A program made the translations under genes and the position numbers. From NCBI RefSeq assembly GCF_018350175.1, contig NC_058368.1, positions 211,360,001-211,424,000 on the forward strand: a DNA stretch of 64,000 nt. Direction: 5' to 3'. This stretch comes from Felis catus. Taxonomy: Eukaryota. Each line of letters opens with the position of its first letter. Positions within the stretch are counted from its first letter, which is position 1. Shown in pieces: positions 49,499 to 62,219 of the stretch. Under the pieces are notes generated by a model. That model ran no database searches. It saw only the letters and a program-made list of their open reading frames with translations, and was not told the DNA's origin.

Positions 49499-52496
49499 TA
49501 TATATTAGTATTTCTAGTGCTTAGAAGGAGCTTCATATGTAAAAAATTAAAACTGGAGTTCATTTGTGATTTAGGTAAAAGACTACACAGCCTCAAAGTT
49601 TACTTCCAAATCTGAGATTTTCTGTGCCTTTCTGATACACTAAAATCTTACTTGAGGATTGCAATGATCATTTAACCTTAGAATTAACTCCGATTTCAAG
49701 GGCCCATTTCTGCTTTCACTTCTTTGCAGAGGCTTTAAAAGCCAAGCATTTGGGCTCTTGGCAATGAACGCCCAGTCGAGTGCTGTCATTGGATTTCCGG
49801 AGGAGGTGGGGTAAAAAATACAAGAGCACATCGGAAAACTAGCGGGGCTCCAGAACATCTGGGATTGATTATTCCAGTGAGTTGCTCGAGCAAGGAGAAC
49901 AATTCTCGTACTAGTTTTTTTTGACATCTGGGCTTTGGCGGCTACCCCTATGGCTTTCTCAGCAGTTCTTGAGGAGTGAGATATGGCTTGTTTCAGTGGA
50001 AGAAAAACCTCCAGTGACTCCACTTCTACAGCAGAGGCCTCCAGAAGACCCTTTTCCTCTTACATGGATTTTCTTAGCAGGCCCAGGTCTTCTTGTCATT
50101 TACACAGAGAATTAATCTCCCCCTACCCAGAGAAATTCATCCTACCTGGGGTCTGAATTAGGTTATACCACCCCCCTCCCAATTCCTCTTCCTCCTATGA
50201 TTCTTTTCGAACCATGGACAAGGAACAGTAAAAGACTGGGAGGAGAAGCAACCTCAGGCTACGGTGGAAGTGGATTCACTCCAGCTCCTGCAAAGTGCCT
50301 CTTATTAAATACAAGCTGAGTAGGACTTTAGTTCCAGTTCTGAGGGAGAAGGGGGGGCGGTGAAGGGTGTTTTGCTAACATTTATTGAGCACACACTCTG
50401 CCAGGCACTGTCCTATGCATGTTATATACATTATTTTATTTAAAACTCGCAATGATTTACTATGGTATACTATTATCTGTAGTCTAATGATGGAGGAACC
50501 GAGGTTCAAGGAGGTTAAATGATTTTCCCGAGGCCACATACTTAGTAAGTGGCAGGGGCAGGTTAAGTTGACAGGGATGAATCTTTTCATCCCGTCATGG
50601 GGTGAGATGTCTACTCTTTACGCATTACTCCTAATGTAAAATAATAATAGCTGCATGATATACAAAAGCTTTTTATTTAAACATTCGGACCTATTACCTC
50701 TAGCACATCAGAGAGATGATGGTGATGATGATGGTGACAAAGGTGATGATTCCAACATTGAGCATTGAAGACCTGCCAGGACCTGATCTAGGGGTGCTGT
50801 ATTATATGTGATCTTATTCTCAGAAAACCCACTTTTTGAGGAAGGTATTATTACTTTCTTGATGAATATACAGAGGCCGAGAAAGGCTAAGTAACTTCAC
50901 CTAGGTCAGAGAGCTGAATGTTGAAGCCTGAGTTTTAAATCCGGACAGCCTACCTTCAGAGTGTAAGCTACATTGCCTACAGGGAGCACATTCTGGAGTT
51001 AGAGAGACCTGGTTTCGAATCCCAGCTCTGCCTCTTCCTGGGTAAATTAACTTGAACATATCGGTCCTCAGTTTCTCTGTATGTAAAATGCACCTCTGGA
51101 GACTTACCTGCTAACCAGGTGTCTCCATATATATTCTCAAGTACATGAGAGTCAGAACCCCTATTCTATAGGAAATGGAAGTGCATTTTTGAAATACGAT
51201 AGAGGTAGGTTCAAATCTTACTACTTAATACTTACCAGCTAGGTATTTAAAAAAGATACTCAAACTTTCTGATTCTCAGTTTCATCACCTGAACATGGGA
51301 GGCAAAAATACCTACCTAATAGGAATATTTGTGGGTTAGAAATAGTAGATGTATTTTACAATGCCAGGGAATTGGAAGAAGTTCTACGTTATACTCATTA
51401 TTTAAATATCGTTATGGCTCTCGACCAGGAAAATATACTTTCATACGCACCAGCAGGTAGGGGGCCAAGTTCCCCGTTTACCGTCCGAACACAGGCATCA
51501 CTAGGGAGGCTAGAGAACCCCCTTCTGGAAGGTGATAAAACAGGAGACAGTCTTCTGTTGGGCCTACTTTAGGTGTGGCTCTGACTCAGGTAGGTGGGGA
51601 TATGATGGGCTGAATGTGTTCTCTCTGCTCATCTTGTCCCTCACCTGCCCAGCTTGCTGAGAAAGGTACCAAGTGAACTGCCTCCAGTGAACTACAGTCA
51701 GGGTCCTGACTCTCGCTCCACAACAATGCCCCCCCCCGCCCCTTTATTAGGCTCTAGGGGGAAAGCATGTGGCCATTAGAGTCACACTTACTTAGATCCA
51801 AACCCTCTGTCAAGTGAGAGCTATCATACTGAGTATTTGTGAGGATGAAATTCTTTATGAAAATGACTTAGCTCAGTTATAGGGGCTTAGTATATACTCA
51901 ACAAATTTTAATTTTCATCTTTCTTAGAAGAGAATAATTCAAGGTCAACGTCATTCTGAGATGAACACAAAGATAAAGAAGGATGCAAGTCTTCACAAAA
52001 CACTCTTTTAGCTTAAATTCTAAATATTTAAAAAAAGATTCTCAAGAGCCTCTTTTATTACTAATTTTAGAGCTAATTAAATCCCCCCAAAACTTGTCTT
52101 ATATTTAAGGACCTAGATTTTATATATTCATTGAATATATTCATTTACTTTGAATATACTCAATTGAACATATTCATTTACTTTGAATACCTTGTCACAG
52201 GCTAACAGCTGAGATACTCTTATAGGACTTAGGTCTAATGCTCAGCATTGAAAGAGATACTATAAGTACAAATTTATTATTGCAGCAGACCCCTACGGCA
52301 TTGGTTTCTGACAGACTACTAGAAATCGACTAGTTACTCCACAGGATTTGGCCACATCCATAGTCCAGGTTGGCATTATGCCCCTCTAGCAAGAATCGCA
52401 GAGGCGCTCACCCGCTAACTGACTGAATCTGGGCAAGACCATGCTATCCATAAATCCGTACTGATGACCTGGTTGGTGACCAGGGCCACAACTCAC

Positions 52497-52579
52497 CTCT
52501 GCATTAGGGTAAGGAGGTCTTTTGTGTCTCTGCTTTTACTGTGCTCTCTTCCATATAAAAGGATTTGAATCATCAGACA
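52497..52579 (-). CDS. TTC23L: TTC23L further coding exon (83 bp)
   Basis: cctacag|TGT; CLMIQILLYGREHSKSRDTKDLLTLMQ(R); strong donor AG|GTGAGT; continues the TPR helix in frame. Confidence 0.75.
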
Positions 52580-52977
52580 CTGTAGGTAAGTTGAGAAACA
52601 TAGGTTAAAGAGAATCAGATAGCCAGCACCTTCTTTATAAACCAAACTCAGAAGAGCATCACTGGAACTGAGGTATCACGAGTTTCCATGTCAAATTCCC
52701 GCCCTGCATCCCTCCTCTTGGTTCCCAGCCAAGGAGGAAAAGGAGACTGAACGGAAGGCTCCGCATACCTCCATGCTTTATGTGTGTCATTCTACCCCAC
52801 TGCACCTGCCACCACCATGTGGCTATGGATAACAAGAGTAACAGGGCCCAAACATGGCTGTAGTAATGGTTTCCATCAGGATTTTCCAAATAGCTATGAC
52901 CAAATGGATAGATATAAATGAAATTTGTGTATGGGTCCTAAATTTGCATTGCATTCTCAAGCTGTATCACTTTACTC

Positions 52978-53031
52978 TTTTTTTTAAAGTTTTTTATTTG
53001 AGAGAGACAGAGACAGTGCGAGTGGGGGAGG

Positions 53032-53065
<34 letters not shown>

Positions 53066-53202
53066 GAGAGAGAATCCCAAGCAGGCTCCACACTGTCAGT
53101 GCAGAGCCTGATGTGGGACTTGAACCCATGAAACCGCGAGATCACGACCTGAGCCAAAACCGAGAGTTCGACGCTCAACTGACTGAGTCACCCAGGTGCC
53201 CC
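52978..53202 (-). mobile_element. Can-SINE
   Basis: target-site duplication tatcactttactctt. Confidence 0.92.
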
Positions 53203-54658
53203 TATATCACTTTACTCTTAGGCAGTTTTCCACTTAAAATTTTATTATGGACCTCTCTTTCCAATCAAGATGGAATAATCGGGATCAGATTTACACTTGC
53301 ACATGAAATAACCAAAAAATGAAAAAGTAAACAAAATATATGAAGCAATCTTTAAGACACTGAACATCAGCCAACAAAGAACAGTGATCCCTGAGAGAGG
53401 GAAACAAGTGAGATAAATCCTAAAACTGCCCCGAGATTATTGCTTTGAGAGCAGTTCCAGGTCATGATGCAGGGAAGGGAACAGAGGGAAGCTCAGCAGA
53501 CTCCCTAAGTTGAGGATAAGGAGCTGAGTGTCCCCGGAGACCCTCAGAGCTGAGTAAAAAGAGAGGAGACAGCTGCACAGAAAAAGATCCAGGAATATCT
53601 GTGGTGGATCCCCCTTGTGTATTCAGCAGAGTACTGACTAGCACGTCTATGTGAGAAAACTGCCCAAAGCTGGGAAAGGAATCAGCTGAAGGGGCTGGCG
53701 GGAACAGGGCCTGGTGCTTACACAGGGCTGGGCACAGGGCCTGTTTCAGTCAGCCAATCTAGAGAGCCTCATGGCTCGTGGAGCTTTGGGTGGCGGACTC
53801 AGAAGGCTTCTGCCTCAGTAATGGGGGATAATTAGCCCTTCACTGACTCCTGCTCTAGTCTCATCTACTGAATCTTAAAAAGCAAGACCTAAAAGGACTA
53901 CACTATAATTAAACTGAGTTCCAGAACAAAGTTCAAGAATACTTATAGGAATACAAAAATATCCAACACCTAATAAGGTAAAATACACAACACCTGGCAT
54001 CCAAACAAAGATTGCAAAAGCCCGTAAAGAAGCAGAGAAGTGTTATCCATATGAGAAAAATGTATCAATCAAAACCCACCCCAAACCGACATAGACGTTA
54101 GAATTAGCAGAGAAGTATATTATAACTGTTATAACTTTATTGCATATGTTAAAAAAATTAAATGAGGACATGAAAAATTTATTTTTTTAAAAGACCCAAA
54201 TCAAACTTCTGGAGATGAAAATGTAAAAAGATGGATGGGAGGGATTAAGAGCAGTTTTGATATTAGAGAAGAAAAAAATTAGTGAATCTAAAGGCATAAG
54301 AATAAGAACTATCCATAAAGAAAAATAATAGATTATAGCAGTGGGTACAGAAAAATAGTTTTTACAATAGCCAACACCAAATTGTATAAAATCCGACATC
54401 CATTCCTGAGTTAAAAACAACTCCTTAGCAAACCAGGAGTAGAAGGTAATCTCCTCAAGCTGATAAAAGTTATTTATAAAAAAGTCAACAGCTAACAACA
54501 AACCTAATTGGTGAAAGACTAAAATTTTTCCCCCTGAAAACAGAAATTAGACAAGGTTGCCTGTTCTCACCACTTCCACTCAACATTGTACTAGATGTTC
54601 TGGTCAATGTAGCAAGACATAAAAGGCATCCAAATTGGAATGAAAGAAGTAAACTTGA

Positions 54659-54878
54659 GGGGCACCAGGGTGGCTCAGTTGGTTAAGCGTCTGACTTCTG
54701 CTCAGGTTATGATCTTGTGGTTCATGGGTTCAAGCCCAGTGTCAGGCTCTGTGCTGACAGCTCAGGGCCTGGAGCTGCTTCAGATTCTGTATCTCCCTCT
54801 CTCTCTGCCTCTCCCCTATTCATGCTCTACCTCTCTCTCTCAAAAATAAATAATAAGACATTTAAAAAAAAAAAAAAA
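54659..54878 (+). mobile_element. Can-SINE inserted in L1 ORF2
   Basis: target-site duplication aaagaagtaaacttga. Confidence 0.93.
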
Positions 54879-55144
54879 GAAGTAAACTTGATTTGCAGAT
54901 GACATGATCATCCATGTAGGAAATCTGATGAATCTATAAACAGCTACTAGAATAAGTGAGTTTAGCAAAGTTATGGGACCCCAAATTATGTATTTAAAAA
55001 TTGTTATATTTCTATATACTAGCATCAACAATCAGAAATTGAAATTCAAATATGATACATTTAAAATAGCAAAAATTGGAAATCAGTCTGAATAAATCTA
55101 AGGAAAGGTGCACATGACCTGTACATCAAAAACTACAAGAAATA

Positions 55145-55354
55145 GGGGCACCTGGGTGGCTCAGTTGGTGAGGCCTCCGACTTCCGCTCAGGTCATGATC
55201 TCGAGGTTCATGAGTTCAAGCCCTGCGTCAGGCTCTGTGCTGACAGCTCAGAACCTGGAGCCTGTTTCAGATTCTGTGTCTCCCTCTCTCTCTGACCCTC
55301 CCCCGTTCATGCTCTGTCTCTGTCTCAAAAATAAATAAACGTTAAAAAAAAAAA
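55145..55354 (+). mobile_element. Can-SINE inserted in L1 ORF2
   Basis: target-site duplication aaaaactacaagaaata. Confidence 0.93.
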
Positions 55355-55636
55355 ACTACAAGAAATATTATTGGGAGACATTAAAGATGACCTACACAAA
55401 TGGGAGAATATCACATGTTCATGGGTGAGAAGCTCAAGATTGTTAAAATGTTAATCCTCCCCAACCTGATCTACACATTCAATGTAATCTCAAGCTAAAT
55501 CTGAGCACATGTTTTTGGGGAAACCAATACAGTGATTCTAAAATTCCTGTGGAAACGCAAAGAACCGAGAATACTCAGAACAACATTGAAAAAGAACAAA
55601 GTTGAAAAACCAACACTACCTGATTTCAAGACTTGT

Positions 55637-55839
55637 TTTAATGTTTTTATTTATTTTTGAGACAAAGACAGAGCATGAGCAGGGGAGGGTCAGAGAGAGA
55701 GGGAGACACAGAATCTGAAGCAGACTCCAGGCTCTGAGCTGTCAGCACAGAGCCCGACGTGGGCTTGAACTCCCAGACTGTGAGATCATGACCTGAGCTG
55801 AAGTCGGACGCTTAACTGACTAAGCCACCCAGGCGCCCC
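55637..55839 (-). mobile_element. Can-SINE inserted in L1 ORF2
   Basis: target-site duplication tcaagacttgtttta. Confidence 0.93.
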
Positions 55840-56487
55840 TCAAGACTTGTTTTAAAGCTACAATAATCAAGACAGCATGTATTGACCTGAAGATGGAAAA
55901 ACAGATCAGTGGAACAGACAGGAGTCCGTAAATAATACACACACACACACACACACTGAATTTTTGACAAAGGTGCAAAGATAATTCAGTAGAAAAAGGA
56001 ATTTCATTTCAATAAAAACGGTGCTAGAACAGCTGGCTACCCACATGCTAGACAAACAGACAAACAAACTGGGATCCATTCCTAGTAACATACAGGAAAA
56101 CTGATTCGAGTGGATCATAGGCCTAAATGTTAAACCTAAAACTACAAAAAATCTAGAAGAAAACATAGGAGAAAAATAGTTTTGACTTCGGTCAGGCAAA
56201 GATTTCTTAGGTAAAACACCAAAGCGCAATCCACAAAAGAACAAATTGATAAACTAGACTGCATGAAATTGAAAAGCTTCTGCTCTTCAAAAGACACTTG
56301 TTAAGAAAATGAAAAGGCAAACTTCATGCCAAGAGAAAATATTTCCAACTCATATATCTGATAGAGAACTTGTATCTAGAATATATGAAGAACTTGTTTC
56401 CCACTTTATAGCATTTATGGCATGAACTAGGAACATAACGTGTTTACACAAACACACAACAATTGTACATTGGCATCTTTACGATAT

Positions 56488-56713
56488 TTTTTTACTTTAT
56501 TTTTAAAATTTTTAAAGTTTTTTTAAATTTATTTTTGAGAGAGACAGAGACAGAGAGTGGGCAGGGGAAGCGAAGAGAGAGAGGGAGACACAGAATCCGA
56601 AGCAGGCTCCAAACTGTCAGCACAGAGCCTGAGGTGGGGCTTGAATCCATAAACCGTGATATGACCGGAACTGAAGCCCGTCGCTTAACCGACTGAGCCA
56701 CCCAGGCACCCCT
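56488..56713 (-). mobile_element. Can-SINE
   Basis: complete reverse-strand copy. Confidence 0.9.
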
Positions 56714-56870
56714 GATCATATCACTTTCTTAAACCTCTAGTGCAAAAGGCCCTGCTGGTCTCCCCTTCCTTATAAACCCCTGCCTCTCCCAGTTCATCCT
56801 GTACTGCTCTTCTCTTTATTCTGGACACACTCCCTTTTAGTCTTTCCCTGTTTCATCTTGTCTCAGAGTC

Positions 56871-57538
56871 TTTTTTTTTTTTAATTTTTTAAATTTACAT
56901 CCAAGTTAGTTAGCATATAGTGCAACAATGATTTCAGGAGTAGATTCCTTAGTGCCCCTTACCCATTTAGCCCATCCCCCTCCCACAATCCCTCCTGTAA
57001 CCCTCAGTTTGTTCTCCATATTTAAGAGTCTCTTATGTTTCATTCCCCTCCCTGTTTGTATATTATTTTTGCTTCCCTTCCCTTATGTTCATCTGTTTGG
57101 TATCTTAAAGTCCTCATATGAGTGAGGTCATATAATATTTGTGTTTCTCTGACTAATTTCACTTAGTATAATACCCTCTAGTTCCATCCACATAGTTGCA
57201 AATGGCAAGATTTCGTTCTTTTTGATTGACAACTAATACTCCATTGTATGTATGTATGTATGTATGTATGTATGTATGTATGTATGTGTGTGTGTGTATT
57301 TTCTTTATTCATTCATCCATCAATGGACATTTGGGCTCTTTCCATACTTTGGCTATTGTCAATAGTGCTGTTATAAACATTGGGGTGCATGTACCCTTTG
57401 AAACAGCATACCTGTATCCGTTGTATAAATACCTAGTAGTGCAATTGCTGGGTTGTAGGGTAGTTCTATTTTTAATTTTTTGAGGGATCTCCATACCGTT
57501 TTCCAGAATGGCTGCACCAGTTTGCATTCCCACCAGAG
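56871..57538 (-). mobile_element. Carnivore-type L1 3' end (end of ORF2, 3'UTR, polyA), 5'-truncated, containing (TATG)n
   Basis: T-run at 56871; ORF 57309..57542 translates as the L1 ORF2 C-terminus (...TCTPMFITALLTIAKVWKEPKCPLMDE). Confidence 0.9.
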
Positions 57539-57559
57539 GCAACTTTACAATATTAAAGG

Positions 57560-58710
57560 AGTCATATACAAGTCTACAGGCATCATATACAGTGTGGTTA
57601 GAATATATAAAGAACTTGTAAAATTAAGTTAATCATAAGAAAGCAAACAACTAACGAAAAGTAAGCAAAAGATTTGGATTGTCACTTCACCCAAGAAGAT
57701 AGACAGATGAGAAATTAAGTACACAGAAAGATGCTCAAGACAAACACAAATTAAAACCACAATGAGAGGCACCTGGGTGGCTCAGTTGGTTGGGCGTAGG
57801 ACTTTGGCTCAGGACATGATCTCACTCTCGCTGAGATCAAACTCTTGGTGAGTTTGAGCCCCACGTCAGGCTCTATGCTGACAGCTCAGAGCCTGGAGTC
57901 TGCTTCGGATTCTGTGTCTTCCTCTCTCTCTGCCCTTCTCCTGCTCACACTCTGTGTGTGTGTGTGTCTCTCTCTCTCAAAAATAAACATTAATTTAAAA
58001 AAAAAATTTAAAAAAAAAACACAATGAGATACCATTATATACCTATTAAAAACACTGACCACACCAACTACTGGCAAGAATGTGGAGGAACTGAATTCTC
58101 ATACCCTTCCAGTGGGAATATGTAATATAATGTAACCATTTTCCAAAATTTTGACAGTTTCTTATAAAGATAAACATGCACCTATCATATTACTTAACCA
58201 TTTCACTCCTAAGTATTCACCCAAGAGAAAAAAGTACATATCCATACAGAGACTTGTGCATGAACATTCAGGGCAGTTTTATCTATAAGAAACCCAACTG
58301 TAAACAGCCAAATGTTCATCATCAGATGAATGGATAAAAATATCATGGCATCCATACAATGGATGCTCAGCATATAAGAGTAAACCATGGATACACACAA
58401 TAATATGGACAATTCTCAAAGTAATTATGCTGAATGATTCAAGACTGTGTAACTATGGGATTTTACTTATATAAATTTTAGAAAATGCTAATGTATCTAT
58501 GGTGACAAAGAAAATCAGTTATTGCCTGGGGGTGGGAGTGGGAGAGGGGTGAAGCTGATTATTTACAAAGGGGAATGGGGAAACTTTTGGGGGTGACTGA
58601 TACACTCATGATCTTGATTGTAATAATGGTTCCACAGGTCAATAGAGATGTCCAAGCTGATCAAATTGTACACTGTAAAATGTGTGCCGCTTACTGTATG
58701 TGAATAAAAA
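57560..58710 (+). mobile_element. Old L1 (L1M-class) ORF2 end and 3'UTR, interrupted by a SINE at 57768-58019
   Basis: aaattaaaaccacaatgaga|SINE|taccatt; cactcctaagtattcacccaagagaa; atcttgattgtaataatggttccacagg. Confidence 0.8.
57768..58019 (+). mobile_element. Can-SINE
   Basis: target-site duplication cacaatgaga. Confidence 0.9.
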
Positions 58711-60459
58711 GTATTCTATCACCAGATTGTAATTTTTAATGTTTGTCTTTTCTTTACCTTCTCACCCCCACCCTACTGCATTTAACTTTGATTCCTTTTA
58801 CATGAAAACTGAACTGCCCAAGAAAAAACATTAGCCAAAAGTGTCACCAGGATTCTGTATGTATGGCCCCCTTTGTGCTCTATTCTGTCTGCCAAAGGGG
58901 TCTCCTCTCAGCATCAACTTTTGCTGAGGTTTCTTACCTTCTTTTTAGCTCCAGGAGCAGTTTCCAATCCCCAGAACAGCATCTATTAACATAGTCTAAT
59001 TCAGAAGCTTCATCACCAGCATCCCATTGATGGTGGACACTCAGCATGAGGAAGGTGTTCAAGCCTCAAAACAACAGCCTTACTGCCAGCATGCCCTTCT
59101 ATCCCTCTCCTCCTTTCTGGCTTGGGACATTGAAGTAGGGACTAAAGCCCTAAGGATAAAAGCTCATGGCAAAGATGCAGCCCCGCCTACCTTGCAGTAT
59201 CCTAAATCTCCAAGTTGAGTCCCTTTCCAAATGGATGATGTAGCTGTGCCATCAAACAGCCACTGCCAGGTAAAATCTAGATCAGGCTCTCCTTCCATTT
59301 TGTGTAGAACATGGTAAGCCCTTATATCAGGTGTGTTTTTTTTTTTTTTCATTTCAGAAAAGTTGTCTTCAATGATTTCTTTGATTACTGTTTCTATTCC
59401 AAGTATTATAGTTCTTTTTTCAGAAATATATACAATTCTTTAGGTGAATCTCTACTTTGCCCTCTACATCAACTACTTTCTCATTATACCACCTCTCTCC
59501 CTTTGTCAGCATTCTAGGACAGCTTTTCAAGTCTGTCCTATAAATCTCTGATTCTTTCAACTGGCAGGATATTGCAGCTCTAGACGTATTAAAAATACAG
59601 ATTCTAGACCAACCTCTTAGAACTTGTGACTTAAGAGTGTGAGGTGGGGCTCAGGAATCATTTTTTGTTAGTTTGTTTCATTTTTGTTTTGATTTTTATT
59701 GAATGCTGCAATTTTAGACTTGGGAAATGTTGCTCCCCATCACTATGACATGTTAAGACAGTCTTTACCATTTTTCATGTAGATTTGAATTTTATATTTG
59801 TCCCTTCTTATTTCACTCCTAACATTTTAATCTCATCTCATCTTTTGGCCTCAAGTTGTCACCCTTTCACCCTTTCATTTTAAAGTTTTCTCTCCTTATA
59901 CGTTTTTCTGCTCCTATCCATAAATTCATGCTTTCCTTGAAGATACTATTCTGGTCACTGTAACTTATTTTCAGAAGGCTTTCTTTTTCTCAGGATCTTC
60001 AAAATAAGACCCCTTTCTCCTGTTATTTACTATTGTCATACTTATTTTCTGATTATGTTTAGTTAACCTGAAATGAGATAAAAATCTCTCTAGACCTGAT
60101 GTTTGCCAATGCATATGTGTGGATGGCTTTTGACTCCTCCCTCTGCTTACATGAGTATTGGGTGATCTTTACCAACTTTTTCTCCAACATTGAACAAACT
60201 TAGATTTTATGTCGAGACATCCTGACCACTCTTACCAAGTCTTTAGCCTTGGTCTGTCAGTAGACTGACTAGCTGAACAACTGTTTGGTCACACCACTTG
60301 CCAGATCCTACTACAAGACATGAACTTCCAGTGTTGTCTGAGCCCCCTGGAAGGGGAATCAGTATTTGGGTAAGAATGGCTTATATAAGGTGTTCCTGAC
60401 TCTGCCCAACCTTGGGTGCTGCCACGGCTGTACCTAGATTCCAACACTGGTGTGTTACT

Positions 60460-60683
60460 CTTTTATTTTTAAAAAATTTTAATGTTTTTTATTTATTTTT
60501 GAGAGGCAGAAAGGGACACAGCATGAGCTGGGGAAGGGCAGAGAGAGGAGACACAGAATCCAAAGCAAGCACCAAGCTCTGGGCTGTCAGCACAGAGCCT
60601 GGAGTGGGGCTCCAACTCGTGAACCATGAGACCATGACCTAGCCGAAGTCAGACGCCCAATCGATTGAGCCATCCAGGTGCCC
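60460..60683 (-). mobile_element. Can-SINE
   Basis: complete reverse-strand copy. Confidence 0.88.
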
Positions 60684-60891
60684 GTGGGGTGTTATTTTTT
60701 TAGGACTCTGGTGCAAGCATAGGCACAGTAAGTTTCTGTATCTCCCTCAGCACATCTTAGAAAGTGAATTTTTACTTCACTTAAAAAAAAAAAAGAAATA
60801 GAGAAGGAAGAAGAAAGGAGGCAGGAAAGAAAGACAGGAAGTGAAGGGAAACAGAGAGGAGGGGAGGGGATAGGAAGGGAACATATGCATG

Positions 60892-60894
<3 letters not shown>

Positions 60895-60932
<38 letters not shown>
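60895..60932 (+). repeat. (AC)19 microsatellite
   Basis: direct read. Confidence 0.95.
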
Positions 60933-60934
<2 letters not shown>

Positions 60935-60993
60935 CACTCCTCACATAGTGCTTACAGGCCCAGGAGAAAATGCACAAACCAACCAGCATGCAC

Positions 60994-61143
60994 CTTCCTT
61001 AGCAGCTGAATCGCCTTTCTGAGGTCTCCTTTGGCAAAGCAGATCCTGCCCATGTTGTAAAAAGTTTCAGCCACTTTTTCACTACAATCACCATAGCTGA
61101 TGACCTGAGACTTCAGTGAGGCCTTTAGCAGTCTGTAAGCTTC
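60994..61143 (-). CDS. TTC23L: TTC23L next coding exon (150 bp, TPR-like)
   Basis: ttttaattccctag|GAA; EAYRLLKASLKSQVISYGDCSEKVAETFYNMGRICFAKGDLRKAIQLLRK; donor AAG|GTGCAT; phase 0-0, stop-free; not in the ORF track. Confidence 0.8.
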
Positions 61144-61487
61144 CTAGGGAATTAAAAAAAAACGTTTTTAAATAATCCTGGCAATTCTGAAGTAATATGC
61201 CAGTTCTATTCCGTAAACTCTATGGAGGTGGCATTGTATGCCTTACCAGGATCTGTCAGTTGTGATATGTCACCTAAGTAATGTGTTTCTATGAAGAGTT
61301 GAAATTTCATGCTTATATTTAATAATAACAGTTAACTCATAAATAATTATTTAATCTTCATGGCTACTCTATGAGAGAGGAACTATTATTATACTCATAT
61401 TATAGATGAAGGAATGGACACTAGTAAAAGCTAAGGATCTTGTCCAAGATCACACTGCTTCTAGTTGATTTGCCTGTTCATATTTAC

Positions 61488-61615
61488 CTGTTTTTCTCCA
61501 TTTTGGACAAGCCATTTGCAAAATTCTTCAATGGTCGTCAGTGTTTCATAATCCGTTGGGCCCAATGTTGCTTGATACGCACTGATACTTTTTATAAAAT
61601 ATATCTCCACAGCGT
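61488..61615 (-). CDS. TTC23L: TTC23L internal coding exon (128 bp); upstream exons lie beyond the window end
   Basis: T-run acceptor tgcag|AC; (D)[42 protein letters not shown]; donor CAG|GTAAAT; recognised as TTC23L and in the expected position next to RAD1. Confidence 0.88.
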
Positions 61616-61965
61616 CTGCAAAAAAAAAAAAAAAAAAAGGATAAACACTAATTAAGGCAAGCTGCTAGCCTTTCCAAGTATCTAATACCAGCTTTTCATA
61701 CTTCAAGTCCATGCCTGTTCTCATTCCAGGTCTCATAAGGACCCTCAGAAAGTCTGAGATATAATTTGATGGCATCAACTGATGTAATTTTATTCTCTTG
61801 ATTAAATGCATGGATTTTTCTGTAGGAAAAGAAAGCTACGTCTGAACAGCCTTATCCCAAGACCCAAAATGGTCACCATATTAAACTCCCAACTGTAATG
61901 AAAGACTATATATTTAACTAAATTAAACTCTGATAGAGAGTATTATTTACTGGGATTTCTGTTAG

Positions 61966-61967
<2 letters not shown>

Positions 61968-62010
<43 letters not shown>
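61968..62010 (+). repeat. (GT)21 microsatellite
   Basis: direct read. Confidence 0.95.
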
Positions 62011-62011
<1 letters not shown>

Positions 62012-62219
62012 CTATGTGGTTAGAGAGTTTTTGTTTCAAAAGTACTTTAAATGTAGTCGTTATCGCTTAAAAATTTACTTTTAATGTTGTCTTTTATTCC
62101 AAACATAATAGATGTTTATGGAGTCAGTCTAGAAAATGCAATAGAAGCAAAAAAAAAAAAAAAGAAAGAAATGAAAATTATCTCCACACACACTACTCAG
62201 AAGCAGGCACCATTAACAT

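Larger units (their letters stand above)
43750..51400. mobile_element. Region rich in ancient MIR and L2 fragments (for example about 43770-43950, 44500-44940, 46390-46600, 46850-47060, 48400-49200, 50380-50560, 50760-51400)
   Basis: recurring MIR core motifs (gaggaaactgag, aggttaaatgattttcccgaggccaca, cctcagtttc) and L2-like pyrimidine-rich 3' sequence; boundaries approximate. Confidence 0.6.
53250..56400 (+). mobile_element. Old eutherian L1 (5' part, ORF1 and ORF2 remnants) interrupted by three SINEs
   Basis: ORF2 remnants such as agacaaggttgcctgttctcaccact, tttgcagatgacatgat (the FADDM reverse-transcriptase motif), ctacctgatttcaagact and ggcaaagatttctta; many stops and frameshifts. Confidence 0.85.

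Noticed and set aside
49640..50023. 127-aa minus-strand ORF and a mildly CpG-rich patch with CCGGAAAT and CCAAT motifs
   Set aside because: No TPR-like or other recognisable protein, no convincing splice pair; the motifs are too short to call an enhancer from sequence alone
52120..52190. Short direct duplication (ttgaa(t/c)atattcatttactttgaata twice); similar tgagatcaataaa repeats at about 2969-3010
   Set aside because: Ordinary local slippage duplications with no sign of function
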